Translations under genes and position numbers: made by a program
Source of the DNA: Vulcanimicrobiota bacterium
GTDB lineage: Bacteria > Vulcanimicrobiota > Vulcanimicrobiia > Vulcanimicrobiales > Vulcanimicrobiaceae
Assembly (NCBI GenBank): GCA_963833095.1
Contig: CAWHWQ010000001.1
Location: 96,001-160,000, forward strand
Length of the DNA: 64,000 nt
Reading direction: 5' to 3'
Notes under the pieces: generated by a model
Told to the model about the DNA's origin: nothing
The model's database searches: none
The model's input: only the letters and a program-made list of their open reading frames with translations
Shown: positions 1 to 9,758 of the stretch, piece by piece
How the letters are laid out: each line of letters starts with the position of its first letter
How positions within the stretch are numbered: the stretch's first letter is position 1

Positions 1-1304
1 CAAACATCCGGCTGCGCTATGCAGCCGACGCGAACACGATCCTCGAGTACGGCTACCTCGGCGCGTGGGATTATCAGCAAGAAGGGCGACCGAACTACGA
101 TTTCTGGCGAAAGCTGGTGCAGAACGCGGTGCGCATCGCCCACGGGACACGTCAGTCATCGCTGACCGCCAGTTTCTACCAGCGCAACGGCTTCGTTACC
201 AATCGCGCCGACATGTATCCCAGCGCCCCGGGAACGCTGCTCTATACGCAGTACGTTCCGACGCACGAGAACGGCGTGCTCCTGAGCTGGATCGTCGGCA
301 ACGAGCGTTCGACCTTCGCCGTGCTCGGTAACGCAAAATTCGTCGGCGGCGTAAGCGATCAGTACAATGGCGCCGGCGCATTCACCGTCTCGGGCAGCGG
401 CTCGCAAGATTCCTCGGGTATCGCGCTTGAGGAGACGCTGCGCGGCCCGCGATTCGAAGTGGTTGGAGGGGTGCGGGCCGACTCGATTGACCTTGTGAAC
501 GCCGCGACCCAAAAAGGTGCAGTGATTACAACCATCGCGCCACGCGTCGATCGCGCACTTTCACCGCGAGCCGCCGTGCGCTACGATCTAAGCAAAGAGC
601 TGGCCTTTCGAGCATCGGCCGGCGGCGATTTCCGCGCACCCTATCTGAACGAATTGATCCGCGGCTATCAAATCGGCGCGGTCCAGTACCTGCCCAACTC
701 GGCGCTGGTACCCGAACGCAGTTCATCTCTGGTCGCTGGGTTCGATTGGATCCACGCAAACAACGAGATTTCCGCTGATTTCACGCACGCGTTTGTCAAC
801 GATGCGATCGACTTTCGCACGATCAGTCCGACGGTGCAAATGCGCAGCAACTTCTCGCATACGCAAACCGACGGGACGACCATCGTCTACGTTCGACGCC
901 TACGAGGATGCTCAAAGTTCACGCTCTGGGGAACCCAGCAATATTCGCGCATCATTGTGGGCACGGCCGGTGAAGACGGAAAACAGCTCCCCTATGTCCC
1001 CAAGGCATCGGCGAGCGCCGAGTACGACGCACCGGTCGGCGCCGTGCAGACCGGGGTAAGCATCAACTATTCCGGGATGACCTGGGCCGACGACCTGAAC
1101 CAACAACCGCTCGGTAGCGCCGTTACCGCGGGCGTGCATGCGATCGTTCCGCTCCGCGATGGCGTGAGGATCATCTTCAACGCAGACAACGTGACGAATG
1201 CACGCTATCTCTCCAGCATCGACCGTTACGCGCCGCCCCAGGTTCTCTCACTCGCACTCACCGCGCCGGTCGGGAGCCCGCAAGCGGCAGCCTGCTCGAG
1301 ATAA
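1..1304 (+). CDS. TonB-dependent receptor, C-terminal part (runs off left edge)
   Basis: Frame open from window start; beta-barrel motifs GVRAD, SPRAAVRY, FRAPYLNEL, ADNVTNARY. Confidence 0.8.
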   Translation, partial: NIRLRYAADANTILEYGYLGAWDYQQEGRPNYDFWRKLVQNAVRIAHGTRQSSLTASFYQRNGFVTNRADMYPSAPGTLLYTQYVPTHENGVLLSWIVGNERSTFAVLGNAKFVGGVSDQYNGAGAFTVSGSGSQDSSGIALEETLRGPRFEVVGGVRADSIDLVNAATQKGAVITTIAPRVDRALSPRAAVRYDLSKELAFRASAGGDFRAPYLNELIRGYQIGAVQYLPNSALVPERSSSLVAGFDWIHANNEISADFTHAFVNDAIDFRTISPTVQMRSNFSHTQTDGTTIVYVRRLRGCSKFTLWGTQQYSRIIVGTAGEDGKQLPYVPKASASAEYDAPVGAVQTGVSINYSGMTWADDLNQQPLGSAVTAGVHAIVPLRDGVRIIFNADNVTNARYLSSIDRYAPPQVLSLALTAPVGSPQAAACSR

Positions 1305-1328
1305 CCGATTTTTGGGCATAAATCGGAC

Positions 1329-1751
1329 ATGAAGAGCTTACGACCAATTCTTGCCACGGTGACGGTGCTTGCAATGCTCGCACTTGGTGTGCCCGCAACG
1401 CCGGCCCGAGCCGATGGCGCAGCCAGCACACGGAATTTGATTCTTCTCGGCGGTGCCGCGGCGGCGTATTTGATCATCGCGCACAACCGTAAGGTGCACG
1501 AGCAGCAGGCCCAAAACGCGCAGCGCCAGGCTGCGCTCGAAGAACAGAGCAACGATGACTCGTCGGCATACGCGCAGGCCGAACATGCCTACCAAGAAGA
1601 GGTTGCCGTCAACGGCGAACTCCAAAAGGAAGTCGCCTATCAGCATTCGGTTGTCGAGGCGCAGCGCGACGAGTTGGCATCATTGAGCGTACACGACGAT
1701 GCCGGCCCCGGTAACGTCGCGATGGTTTCCTATGGTTGGGGGAACGTGTGA
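1329..1751 (+). CDS. Secreted/membrane hypothetical protein with Gln/Ala coiled-coil
   Basis: 140 aa ORF, signal peptide ending PARA, hydrophobic segment then helical Q/A-rich region. Confidence 0.65.
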   Translation: MKSLRPILATVTVLAMLALGVPATPARADGAASTRNLILLGGAAAAYLIIAHNRKVHEQQAQNAQRQAALEEQSNDDSSAYAQAEHAYQEEVAVNGELQKEVAYQHSVVEAQRDELASLSVHDDAGPGNVAMVSYGWGNV

Positions 1752-2104
1752 AGCAGCTCCTCGCTATGGCGCTGCTCGCGAGCGCTCTCGCCGCTTGTGC
1801 GAGCCACGATCCGCAGTCAACGGCAAACGGCGTGACGCGCGCGGTGTACAACGACGACCTCTCTGCGGTAACACCGTACTTCGATGACGCGCTGCGGCCG
1901 CAGGTATCGCGCGCCGGGGTCGGTGTGATCTCAGACAAAATGCACGCGCTGGGGAGTTACAGCGGGCTCACCCTGCTGGCGAAGGACTCGGCCAAGAATG
2001 AGTACACCTATCGAGCCAGTTTCTCCAAAGGCACGATGAACGTGATCGTGCGCCTCGACGATGACGGGCGCCTAGCCGCGTACCGCGTTTTTCCGTCGAG
2101 CTAG
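1748..2104 (+). CDS. Putative lipoprotein (DUF3887-like)
   Basis: GTG start overlapping upstream stop (GTGA); lipobox LAAC. Confidence 0.6.
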   Translation: MKQLLAMALLASALAACASHDPQSTANGVTRAVYNDDLSAVTPYFDDALRPQVSRAGVGVISDKMHALGSYSGLTLLAKDSAKNEYTYRASFSKGTMNVIVRLDDDGRLAAYRVFPSS

Positions 2105-2121
2105 CTAGGCCCAACCGTCTG

Positions 2122-2189
2122 CCCGCAGGATGCGGGTGAAGTGTTCGGAGCACAGGACGTGCGATCGGCCGTAGGCCGACCGCACCGTC
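2122..2189. repeat. 68-bp structured dispersed repeat, copy 1
   Basis: Colinear with 50110-50177; shared core TGAAGTGTTCGGAGCACAG and covarying hairpin. Confidence 0.75.
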
Positions 2190-4396
2190 TATAAGCTGCT
2201 TGCGCGGTCGAGCGTGAGGAACGTGCGCGCGAACAGTTCTGCCGGAAGCGGATGGCCGAGCGCATAGCCTTGCACGTACTGGCACCCGGTATCGACCATC
2301 ACTTCGAGCTGCATCATATTCTCGACGCCTTCTGCTACGACGGTCATCCCCAGCTCCGATGCGAGCCGCACGACCGTGACGGCGACGGCACGGGCTTTGC
2401 TATCGACTTCGCTCTTGGTCACAAAAGAGCGGTCGATCTTGAGTACGCTTGCCGGAACATCGCGCACGCGACCCAGCGATGAACCGCCGGTGCCAAAGTC
2501 GTCGATCGCGCAGTGCACACCGATCTCGCGCAGGCTACTCACGAGTGCCGCCACGTCGCCGTCATCACTTGCAACGACGCTCTCGTTGATCTCGACGATC
2601 AACGCCTCACCCGGCATTGCCGTACGTTCGAGGAGATCGCGAATGCGATCGCGGCATTGACGGTGCAAGATTTGCCGCGCAAACAGGTTGACCCACACGG
2701 TAAAGTCGGGAATCTCGCGGCGCCATTCGCCGGCTTGTAGAAGACTCTGCTCCATGACGTTCCAGCCCACGTGTTCCCCGATAGACAACCGCTCCAGGAG
2801 TTCGATGAAGTGTGCCGGCGCGACGATACCGCGATCGGGATGAATCCAGCGGAGCAGCGCTTCAGCCCCAGCCACCCGCCATGCGCGCGTGGCGTCATCG
2901 TATCGGAAGATCGGCTGAAAGAACGGCACCAGTTCGCCCCGCTCGACCGCTCGATGCAGTTCACCGACCAGCGACGGCGACTCACCCACCTGTAGGTCCG
3001 GCGAGTACACGATGGCGTGTGTCGGCGACTCCTTGGCGCGGTCGAGCGCAATGTCGGCTTTGCGCAGCATCTCGTCGGCCGACCCGGCCCGAATCATGCG
3101 AACGGCGCCCATTGAGACCGAGATGAAGACCCGCGAACCGTCGGCATCGAACGGCGCATCGTAGAACTGCCGCAACTCGGTCATGATCGCGTGCGGACTG
3201 CGATCGTCAACGACAGCGACGGCAAATTCGTCGGCGCTGACTCGCGCGATCATGTACGACGTCGGGAACGAAGCGCGCAAACGGATGGCCATCTGCTGCA
3301 AGACGTGGTCGGCCGCGACCCGTCCCACGCCCTGATTGAGCAAACGCATGTCGTCGACGTCCATGATCACCAGCACGATCGCCGAATCCGCGTGCCGAGT
3401 GATCCATTCGACGAGACGCTCGCGGTTGGGTAGGCCGGTGAGCTCGTCGACGAAGGCGCGGCGCGAAAGGCGCGCGACCAGTTCCCAGCGTTCGTCGACC
3501 AACCCAGCCAAGAGAAAGACCATGAGCGATGAGGCAAAGAGAAAGCCTTGCGCTTGCACCAGCAGTTCGGCCTGGAGGCCCAGCGTCGCTTGCATCGCCA
3601 CCATCGTTGCCATCGTCACTGCCCATGCGGTGATCGAAGCGAGCGCCGCGCCGCGAACGCCGTAGCGGATCGCCAGCCACGACATCGCCACGAATGAAAG
3701 ATCGAGGATGGGCTCGTGCGTCAGCGAGGAGAGATAGATGCCCCCTGACACCAGCAAGGCGGTGGCGGCCACGAGCGCAACGATCTCGCCGCGGGGCGGA
3801 TCCTGATGTTCGGCCGGCGAGCTCGTCTGGCGCCATCCGATGAAGGTCGTGATCGCGGGCACGAGCGACATGATCGAGGCCACGTCGCCTAATACGAAGC
3901 GAGCAAGTTGCTGCGGCACGTCATCGGGCGCGACCTTGCCGATCGCGACGAGCAGCGTGATGGCGATCGGGCCGAGGACGAGTGGCGCAGCGATGCCGAT
4001 GATTCCGCAAAACCACGCGACATCGCGCAAATTCCGAAGCGGCAGCGTGACGCGCAAACGCTGGACGACCAAACGAACGGCGAGGGCGAAGACGACCGCG
4101 AGCGTGATCTGCACGAAAAGCGTCGACCAGGCGGGATGTGCGTGACGCTCGACGAGCGCCCACCGTAGCATTGCGCTCGCTGGGATCAGCGGCCACCACT
4201 TCCAGCCGAGATACAGCAGCAGCAGGACGTCGATCGCGAGCACGGGATAGACCGGCGACGCTCCGCCGCCGGCGAACAGCCACTCAGTCAACGCGTCGAG
4301 AAGTTGCCACAACACCAAGAAGCCGACGATACAGACCGCCGTTTGTTGTGTAGTGAGTGGCCGTTGCGCGAGAGAGCGCACGCCTGCGATGTTCAT
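2189..4396 (-). CDS. MASE1 membrane sensor-GGDEF(degenerate)-EAL protein, probable c-di-GMP phosphodiesterase
   Basis: Multi-TM N-terminus; DELTGLPNR; GGDEF site reads SADEF; AEALLRW, IDDFGTG, LKIDRSF, VAEGVE. Confidence 0.9.
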   Translation of the reverse strand: MNIAGVRSLAQRPLTTQQTAVCIVGFLVLWQLLDALTEWLFAGGGASPVYPVLAIDVLLLLYLGWKWWPLIPASAMLRWALVERHAHPAWSTLFVQITLAVVFALAVRLVVQRLRVTLPLRNLRDVAWFCGIIGIAAPLVLGPIAITLLVAIGKVAPDDVPQQLARFVLGDVASIMSLVPAITTFIGWRQTSSPAEHQDPPRGEIVALVAATALLVSGGIYLSSLTHEPILDLSFVAMSWLAIRYGVRGAALASITAWAVTMATMVAMQATLGLQAELLVQAQGFLFASSLMVFLLAGLVDERWELVARLSRRAFVDELTGLPNRERLVEWITRHADSAIVLVIMDVDDMRLLNQGVGRVAADHVLQQMAIRLRASFPTSYMIARVSADEFAVAVVDDRSPHAIMTELRQFYDAPFDADGSRVFISVSMGAVRMIRAGSADEMLRKADIALDRAKESPTHAIVYSPDLQVGESPSLVGELHRAVERGELVPFFQPIFRYDDATRAWRVAGAEALLRWIHPDRGIVAPAHFIELLERLSIGEHVGWNVMEQSLLQAGEWRREIPDFTVWVNLFARQILHRQCRDRIRDLLERTAMPGEALIVEINESVVASDDGDVAALVSSLREIGVHCAIDDFGTGGSSLGRVRDVPASVLKIDRSFVTKSEVDSKARAVAVTVVRLASELGMTVVAEGVENMMQLEVMVDTGCQYVQGYALGHPLPAELFARTFLTLDRASSL

Positions 4397-4428
4397 CTTG
4401 GGTGGGCGTGGTTCCCGTTATGAAGGAT

Positions 4429-4456
4429 GAAGGCCCGGCCAAGCGGCCGAGCCTTC
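4429..4456. terminator. Hairpin downstream of rpoB, possible terminator
   Basis: GAAGGCCCGGCC-aagc-GGCCGAGCCTTC; no strong U-tract. Confidence 0.45.
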
Positions 4457-4487
4457 AGTTCGTTGTGGTGCACCTTACGAATTGATG

Positions 4488-7400
4488 CTAAAAGTCATCT
4501 TCTTGCGGGTTCTCAACGTACGGGGCTTCCTCTTCCTCGTCTTCAAAGGGCTTCTCTTCCTCGTACGAATCCTCGTCTTCTTCCTCGAGCTCGTAACCCT
4601 GCACACCCTCGACGTCGGTGTCCTCGGTCTCTTCTTCCGGGGTGAAGATCTCGTCCGCCTCGGCTTCGCGCACCGGCATCGGCGGCGGCGTCGGAAGCGG
4701 AATCGTCGCGTCCAGCGGTTTGCTGTCGTCGATCTCTTCCTCTTCCTCTTCCAATTCCGCTTCGGGATCCTCGACCTCGGTCGGGTCGCCGATACCCTCG
4801 GCGGCCGCCGCTTCGGCAAGCACTTCGCGTGCCGCGACCTGCGTCTGCGAGGGCACGGGTTGATCGTCGCCCATGAGCAGACCGATCTCCTGACGCTCGC
4901 GTTCGCCCAGATCGTCGTCCTGCATGCGAACGTCGATCTCTTCGCGATTCTCGGTGAGCACTTTGACGTCGAGCGCCAGCGACTGGAGCTCCTTGATAAG
5001 GACTTTGAACGATTCCGGAACGCCCGGTTCCATCACGTTCTCGCCCTTGACGATCGCTTCGTACGTCTTCACGCGACCGACGACGTCGTCGGACTTGACC
5101 GTGAGCAGTTCTTGCAGCGTATAGGCCGCACCGTACGCTTCGAGCGCCCAGACTTCCATTTCACCGAAGCGCTGACCACCGAACTGCGCCTTACCGCCCA
5201 GCGGCTGCTGCGTGATCATCGAGTACGGTCCAGTCGAACGCGCGTGGATCTTGTCGTCGACTAAGTGCGCGAGTTTGAGCATGTAGATCATGCCGACGGT
5301 GATCGGGCGCGAGAAGCGCTCACCCGAACGGCCGTCACGCAGCCACGTCTTGCCGTCGGGCGCCATACCGGCGTCCTGCAGCCACTCGGCGATGTCCTCC
5401 GCGTGCGCGCCGTCGAAAACCGGCGTCGCGACATTCATGCCGAGCATACGCGCAGCCCATCCCAGATGCGTTTCCATGATCTGGCCAAGGTTCATACGCG
5501 AGGGAACACCGAGCGGGTTGAGCACGATGTCGACCGGCGTACCGTCTTCCAGATACGGCATGTCTTCTTCCGGCAGCACTTTGGCGATGACGCCTTTGTT
5601 GCCGTGACGTCCGGCCATCTTGTCGCCTTGCAGAATCTTACGCTTCTGCGCGACGTAGACGCGCACCAGATGATTCACGCCCGGCGAGAGTTCGTCGCCG
5701 TTCTCGCGCGAGAACACCTTGACGTCGATGATCTTGCCCTTTTCGCCGTGCGGAACTTTGAGGCTCGTGTCGCGAACTTCACGCGATTTCTCGCCGAAGA
5801 TCGCGCGCAGCAGGCGCTCTTCCGCCGTCAGCTCGGTCTCGCCCTTGGGCGTGACCTTACCAACAAGAATGTCTTCCGGGCGAACTTCGGCACCAATGCG
5901 GATGATGCCGCGCTCGTCGAGATCCTTGAGCGCGTCTTCACCGACGTTGGGAATGTCGCGCGTAATCTCTTCTGGTCCGAGCTTGGTATCGCGGGCCTCG
6001 CACTCGTACTCCTCGATGTGAATCGAGGTGAAGCGATCTTCCTTGACCATGCGTTCGCTGATCAAGATCGCGTCTTCGTAGTTGTAACCTTCCCACGGCA
6101 TGAACGCCACGAGCACGTTCTGCCCCAGCGCCAGTTCCGCTTCATCGGATGACGGGCCGTCGGCGAGCACTTGACCCGCCTGGACATGCTCGCCCAGTTT
6201 GACGATCGGACGCTGGTTGATACACGTGCCCGCATTGCTGCGCACGAACTTGAGCAGATCGAAGACCTTCTCGGTGCCGTCGTCGAGCTTGAGCGTGATG
6301 CCTTTGGCGTCGACGGCTTCAACCGTGCCGCTCAGGTTGGAAACAATGAGCGATCCCGAATCCTTGGCAGCGCGATACTCCATTCCGGTGCCCACGATCG
6401 GGGCGTCCGGACGGAGCAACGGCACGGCTTGACGTTGCATGTTCGCGCCCATCAGCGCGCGGTTGGCGTCGTCGTGCTCCAAGAACGGAATGAGCGCGGT
6501 TGCGACCGACACGATTTGCTTGGGTGAAACGTCCATCAGCTGGACGCGCAGCGCCGGCTCTTCGATGTATTCTTCCGCGTAACGGCAGACAACGGAGTCC
6601 GAGGTGATCAGTCCCGCAGGGTCGACCTGCGTGTTGGCTTGAGCAATGATGTACTCGTCTTCGCGGTCGGCGGTGAGATAGATGATCTCATCGGTCACGC
6701 GGCCATCTTGCACGACCCGGTACGGCGTCTCGATGAAGCCGAATTTATTGACGCGCGCATAGGTCGCAAGCGAACCGATCAGACCGATGTTCGGACCTTC
6801 CGGCGTTTCGATCGGACAGATGCGGCCGTAGTGCGAGTGGTGAACGTCGCGAACTTCGAAGCCCGCGCGTTCGCGCGAGAGACCGCCCGGCCCGAGGGCT
6901 GAGAGACGGCGCTTGTGGGTCAGTTCGGCCAGCGAGTTGGTCTGATCCATGAACTGCGAGAGTTGCGATGAACCGAAGAACTCTTTGATCGCAGCGACGA
7001 CCGGACGGATATTGATCAGCGCCTGCGGCGTGACCGTCTCGATGTCTTGCACCGTCATGCGCTCGCGCACGACGCGCTCGAGGCGCAGCAAACCGACGCG
7101 GAATTGATTCTGCAACAGTTCACCGACCGAACGCACGCGGCGGTTACCGAGGTGATCGATGTCGTCCTTGGCGATGATGCCGGTCGCGACTTTGATCAAG
7201 CGGCGGATGACGGCGATCATGTCCGAGCGCGTGAGGCACTTGACGTCGATCGAGGGTTCTTCCAAACCCGCGTACTCGTTGATCTGAAGCGTCGGCGTCG
7301 TGAGGCGCTCATCAGCGTCGGGGTTCTCGATGCGGTAGTGGAACTTGCCGCCCAGTTTGTAGCGGCCGACGCCCGCGAGGTCGTAGCGCTTCTCGTCGAA

Positions 7401-8378
7401 GAACAGCGACTCGAGGAGCTTCTCCGCGTTCTCCGCGTTCTCGGGCTCGCCCGGTCGCAGCTTCTTGTAGATTTCCTTGAGCGCGTCTTCGCGCGTCTTG
7501 ATGTCTTTGTCTTTGTCGATCGAGTTCTGGACCAGCGGCGAATTGTTGAACAGCGCGAGAATCGCTTCGTCACTCTCCCAATTCAAGCCGAGATCCGGGC
7601 GCGAAAGCGCGCGAATAAAGGTCGAGACGTAGATCTTGCGGTTCTTATCGATGCGAACGCCGATCGTGCCCTCGGTCTCGTCGTTTTTCGTACCGTTGTC
7701 GGTCTCGAATTCGATCCAGGCGCCGCGGTTCGGAATGATCGTCGCGTTGTAGGTCGGGCGCGCATTGGTGTCGACGTCTTGACTGTAGTACACGCCGGGC
7801 GAACGCACGAGCTGACTTACGATCACGCGCTCCGCGCCGTTGATCATGAAGGTGCCCTTGTCGGTCATGAGCGGGAAATCGCCCATGAAAATTTCTTGGT
7901 CGGGAATGCCTTTGATTTCGCCGGACTCGGCCGTGATCAAGCGGACGCGCACGCGCAACGGCGCGCTGTAGGTCATGTCGCGTTCGCGACACTCTTCAAT
8001 AGAATACTTGGGCTCGCCGAGCGAATGCTCGCCAAACTCGAGAATCAAATTGCCGGTGAAGTCTTTGATCGGCGAGATCGAAGAAAATGCCTCGCCGAGA
8101 CCGTCGGTCTTGAACCAATCGAAGCTGGCTTTTTGCAGTTCGATCAGATTCGGAATCTCGAGCACGTGCGGAATTTTCGCAAACGTGTAACGCGAGCGCT
8201 TGGGCCCGGGATCCGGGGGCTGCTCGATCGTGAACGCTCCCGCCGCCATCGGGAACGACTGCGGCACGGCCGTCGTTGTTACGCCCGCATTGGGCGCAGG
8301 ACGCTCCGTGCGCTTCGACTTGCCCTTACTCGCCGCGGAGCTCTTCGCGGTCGCTTTCGGTGCCGTCGTTTTCGCCAT
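4488..8378 (-). CDS. rpoB: DNA-directed RNA polymerase beta subunit with N-terminal extension and long acidic C-terminal tail
   Basis: [44 protein letters not shown] at 8378 preceded by GAGAGAG. Confidence 0.98.
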   Translation of the reverse strand: MAKTTAPKATAKSSAASKGKSKRTERPAPNAGVTTTAVPQSFPMAAGAFTIEQPPDPGPKRSRYTFAKIPHVLEIPNLIELQKASFDWFKTDGLGEAFSSISPIKDFTGNLILEFGEHSLGEPKYSIEECRERDMTYSAPLRVRVRLITAESGEIKGIPDQEIFMGDFPLMTDKGTFMINGAERVIVSQLVRSPGVYYSQDVDTNARPTYNATIIPNRGAWIEFETDNGTKNDETEGTIGVRIDKNRKIYVSTFIRALSRPDLGLNWESDEAILALFNNSPLVQNSIDKDKDIKTREDALKEIYKKLRPGEPENAENAEKLLESLFFDEKRYDLAGVGRYKLGGKFHYRIENPDADERLTTPTLQINEYAGLEEPSIDVKCLTRSDMIAVIRRLIKVATGIIAKDDIDHLGNRRVRSVGELLQNQFRVGLLRLERVVRERMTVQDIETVTPQALINIRPVVAAIKEFFGSSQLSQFMDQTNSLAELTHKRRLSALGPGGLSRERAGFEVRDVHHSHYGRICPIETPEGPNIGLIGSLATYARVNKFGFIETPYRVVQDGRVTDEIIYLTADREDEYIIAQANTQVDPAGLITSDSVVCRYAEEYIEEPALRVQLMDVSPKQIVSVATALIPFLEHDDANRALMGANMQRQAVPLLRPDAPIVGTGMEYRAAKDSGSLIVSNLSGTVEAVDAKGITLKLDDGTEKVFDLLKFVRSNAGTCINQRPIVKLGEHVQAGQVLADGPSSDEAELALGQNVLVAFMPWEGYNYEDAILISERMVKEDRFTSIHIEEYECEARDTKLGPEEITRDIPNVGEDALKDLDERGIIRIGAEVRPEDILVGKVTPKGETELTAEERLLRAIFGEKSREVRDTSLKVPHGEKGKIIDVKVFSRENGDELSPGVNHLVRVYVAQKRKILQGDKMAGRHGNKGVIAKVLPEEDMPYLEDGTPVDIVLNPLGVPSRMNLGQIMETHLGWAARMLGMNVATPVFDGAHAEDIAEWLQDAGMAPDGKTWLRDGRSGERFSRPITVGMIYMLKLAHLVDDKIHARSTGPYSMITQQPLGGKAQFGGQRFGEMEVWALEAYGAAYTLQELLTVKSDDVVGRVKTYEAIVKGENVMEPGVPESFKVLIKELQSLALDVKVLTENREEIDVRMQDDDLGERERQEIGLLMGDDQPVPSQTQVAAREVLAEAAAAEGIGDPTEVEDPEAELEEEEEEIDDSKPLDATIPLPTPPPMPVREAEADEIFTPEEETEDTDVEGVQGYELEEEDEDSYEEEKPFEDEEEEAPYVENPQEDDF

Positions 8379-8517
8379 TATCTCTCTCTTACTGACCTTT
8401 GAGGTTGGGCAGGGTGCCACACAAGCAAAAGAGGCCGAGTTCGTCCCCTCACATCACAGGGTCTTGACTCGTCCTTCTTTATTCTTATGGCTTATTCGCC
8501 CCGGGGCATAGACGAAG

Positions 8518-8546
8518 ATTTTAACATCGGGTCGCCTGGGCGTCAA
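8518..8546 (-). promoter_or_regulatory. Sigma70-type promoter of rpoB
   Basis: TTGACG-17 bp-TAAAAT on minus strand about 140 nt upstream of the start. Confidence 0.7.
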
Positions 8547-8564
8547 GGAGGACTCGTTTTGTGC

Positions 8565-8738
8565 TCAATCGGGCTCCAACGCGCCGCGCCGGCGCCCCTG
8601 CTCCCACCACGCGCCGCCCAGCAGCGCGAGGAGCATGCCCGGCAATGCGAGCGAGCCTAGAAAAGCCACCGTCTGTAGGATATAGGGATGCAGGTGATGA
8701 TGTCCGAGTCCGCCCATGATCGCCAAGCAGTATATCAT
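8565..8738 (-). CDS. Small putative membrane protein
   Basis: Short ORF with His-rich stretch and one hydrophobic helix; start uncertain. Confidence 0.3.
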   Translation of the reverse strand: MIYCLAIMGGLGHHHLHPYILQTVAFLGSLALPGMLLALLGGAWWEQGRRRGALEPD

Positions 8739-8775
8739 GTCCGCCAAGCTCCCGCCCGGCTTTTCGGCGGGAAGG

Positions 8776-9723
8776 TTACGACGGCGCGAAAAGAACCTTG
8801 CCGCCGCGGCCGGGCGCCTCTGCGGCTTTGAGCGCTTTGGCTGCATCCCGAAGGGGATAGATGCCCGCAACCGGCAGCGGTAGCTCGCCCGCCAATGCAA
8901 GCTCGAAAACGCGCCCGAACGCGGATGCGCGTTGTTCGGCCGACGCGCGCGGCATCCACGTGTTCATCCAGAATCCGCGAACGATCGTCTCCTTGGCGAT
9001 CATGAGTCCGGGCGCGAGTTTCATCGAGGCGCCTGAGAGAGCGCCGAAGACGATCAGCTCGCCGAACTGCGCAAGCAGCTTTTGTAACTCCAGCGTCTGC
9101 GAACCCGCAATCGAATCGACGATACGAGCAAAGCCCGCACCGCCGGTGAGGTCGTGGGCTTTTTTCTCCCAGCCGTCATGCTCGGTAACGACGACGTACT
9201 GCGCGCCGTACTTCTCGAGCTCTTCGGCGGCCTTGGCGCTGCGCACGAAGTTAACGATATTCACGCCGGCCTTTTGCGCGAGCAGCATGAGCGTTTTTCC
9301 GACGGCGCCGTTGGCCGCATTTTGTGCGATCCACATACCCGGTTGCGTGCGCAAGTCCTCGAAGAGCACGACGGTCGAGAGCGGCATCGCGAGCAGTTGG
9401 CAGGCCCGATCGTCGTCGATCGCGTCGGGAACCGGCACGAGTGACGCTGTCGGCGCGATGACCTCGTCGGCCCACGTGCCCCGTGTTAGGCAGGCGTAGC
9501 GTTTGTCGCCGATCCGGCCCACGCATTCGCTTCCACCGGTTGCCGGTAACTTCGGCTTAACGCCGTAGATGCCGCGAATCGTCGCCAGATCGTGATTGTG
9601 GATCGGCGAGCGAACCATCCGCAGCACCACTTCTTCTCCCTCGCGCGGCGCGGGCACCGGGATATCGGCCGGCGCGACGACCTCGGCGGGCTCGCCGAAG
9701 CGCGCGTACTGCAATGCATTCAT
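8776..9723 (-). CDS. Medium-chain dehydrogenase/reductase (enoyl reductase/quinone oxidoreductase-like)
   Basis: SPIHNHDL..IRGIYG, QNAANGAVG, GKVL C-terminus. Confidence 0.9.
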   Translation of the reverse strand: MNALQYARFGEPAEVVAPADIPVPAPREGEEVVLRMVRSPIHNHDLATIRGIYGVKPKLPATGGSECVGRIGDKRYACLTRGTWADEVIAPTASLVPVPDAIDDDRACQLLAMPLSTVVLFEDLRTQPGMWIAQNAANGAVGKTLMLLAQKAGVNIVNFVRSAKAAEELEKYGAQYVVVTEHDGWEKKAHDLTGGAGFARIVDSIAGSQTLELQKLLAQFGELIVFGALSGASMKLAPGLMIAKETIVRGFWMNTWMPRASAEQRASAFGRVFELALAGELPLPVAGIYPLRDAAKALKAAEAPGRGGKVLFAPS

Positions 9724-9758
9724 GCGCGCTTCTTCGGGCCCGCCTCGCGATCTCCGGT

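Noticed and set aside
4482..8402. Long plus-strand ORFs antisense to rpoB (and similar shadows elsewhere)
   Set aside because: Expected shadow ORFs in high-GC DNA; no recognisable motifs
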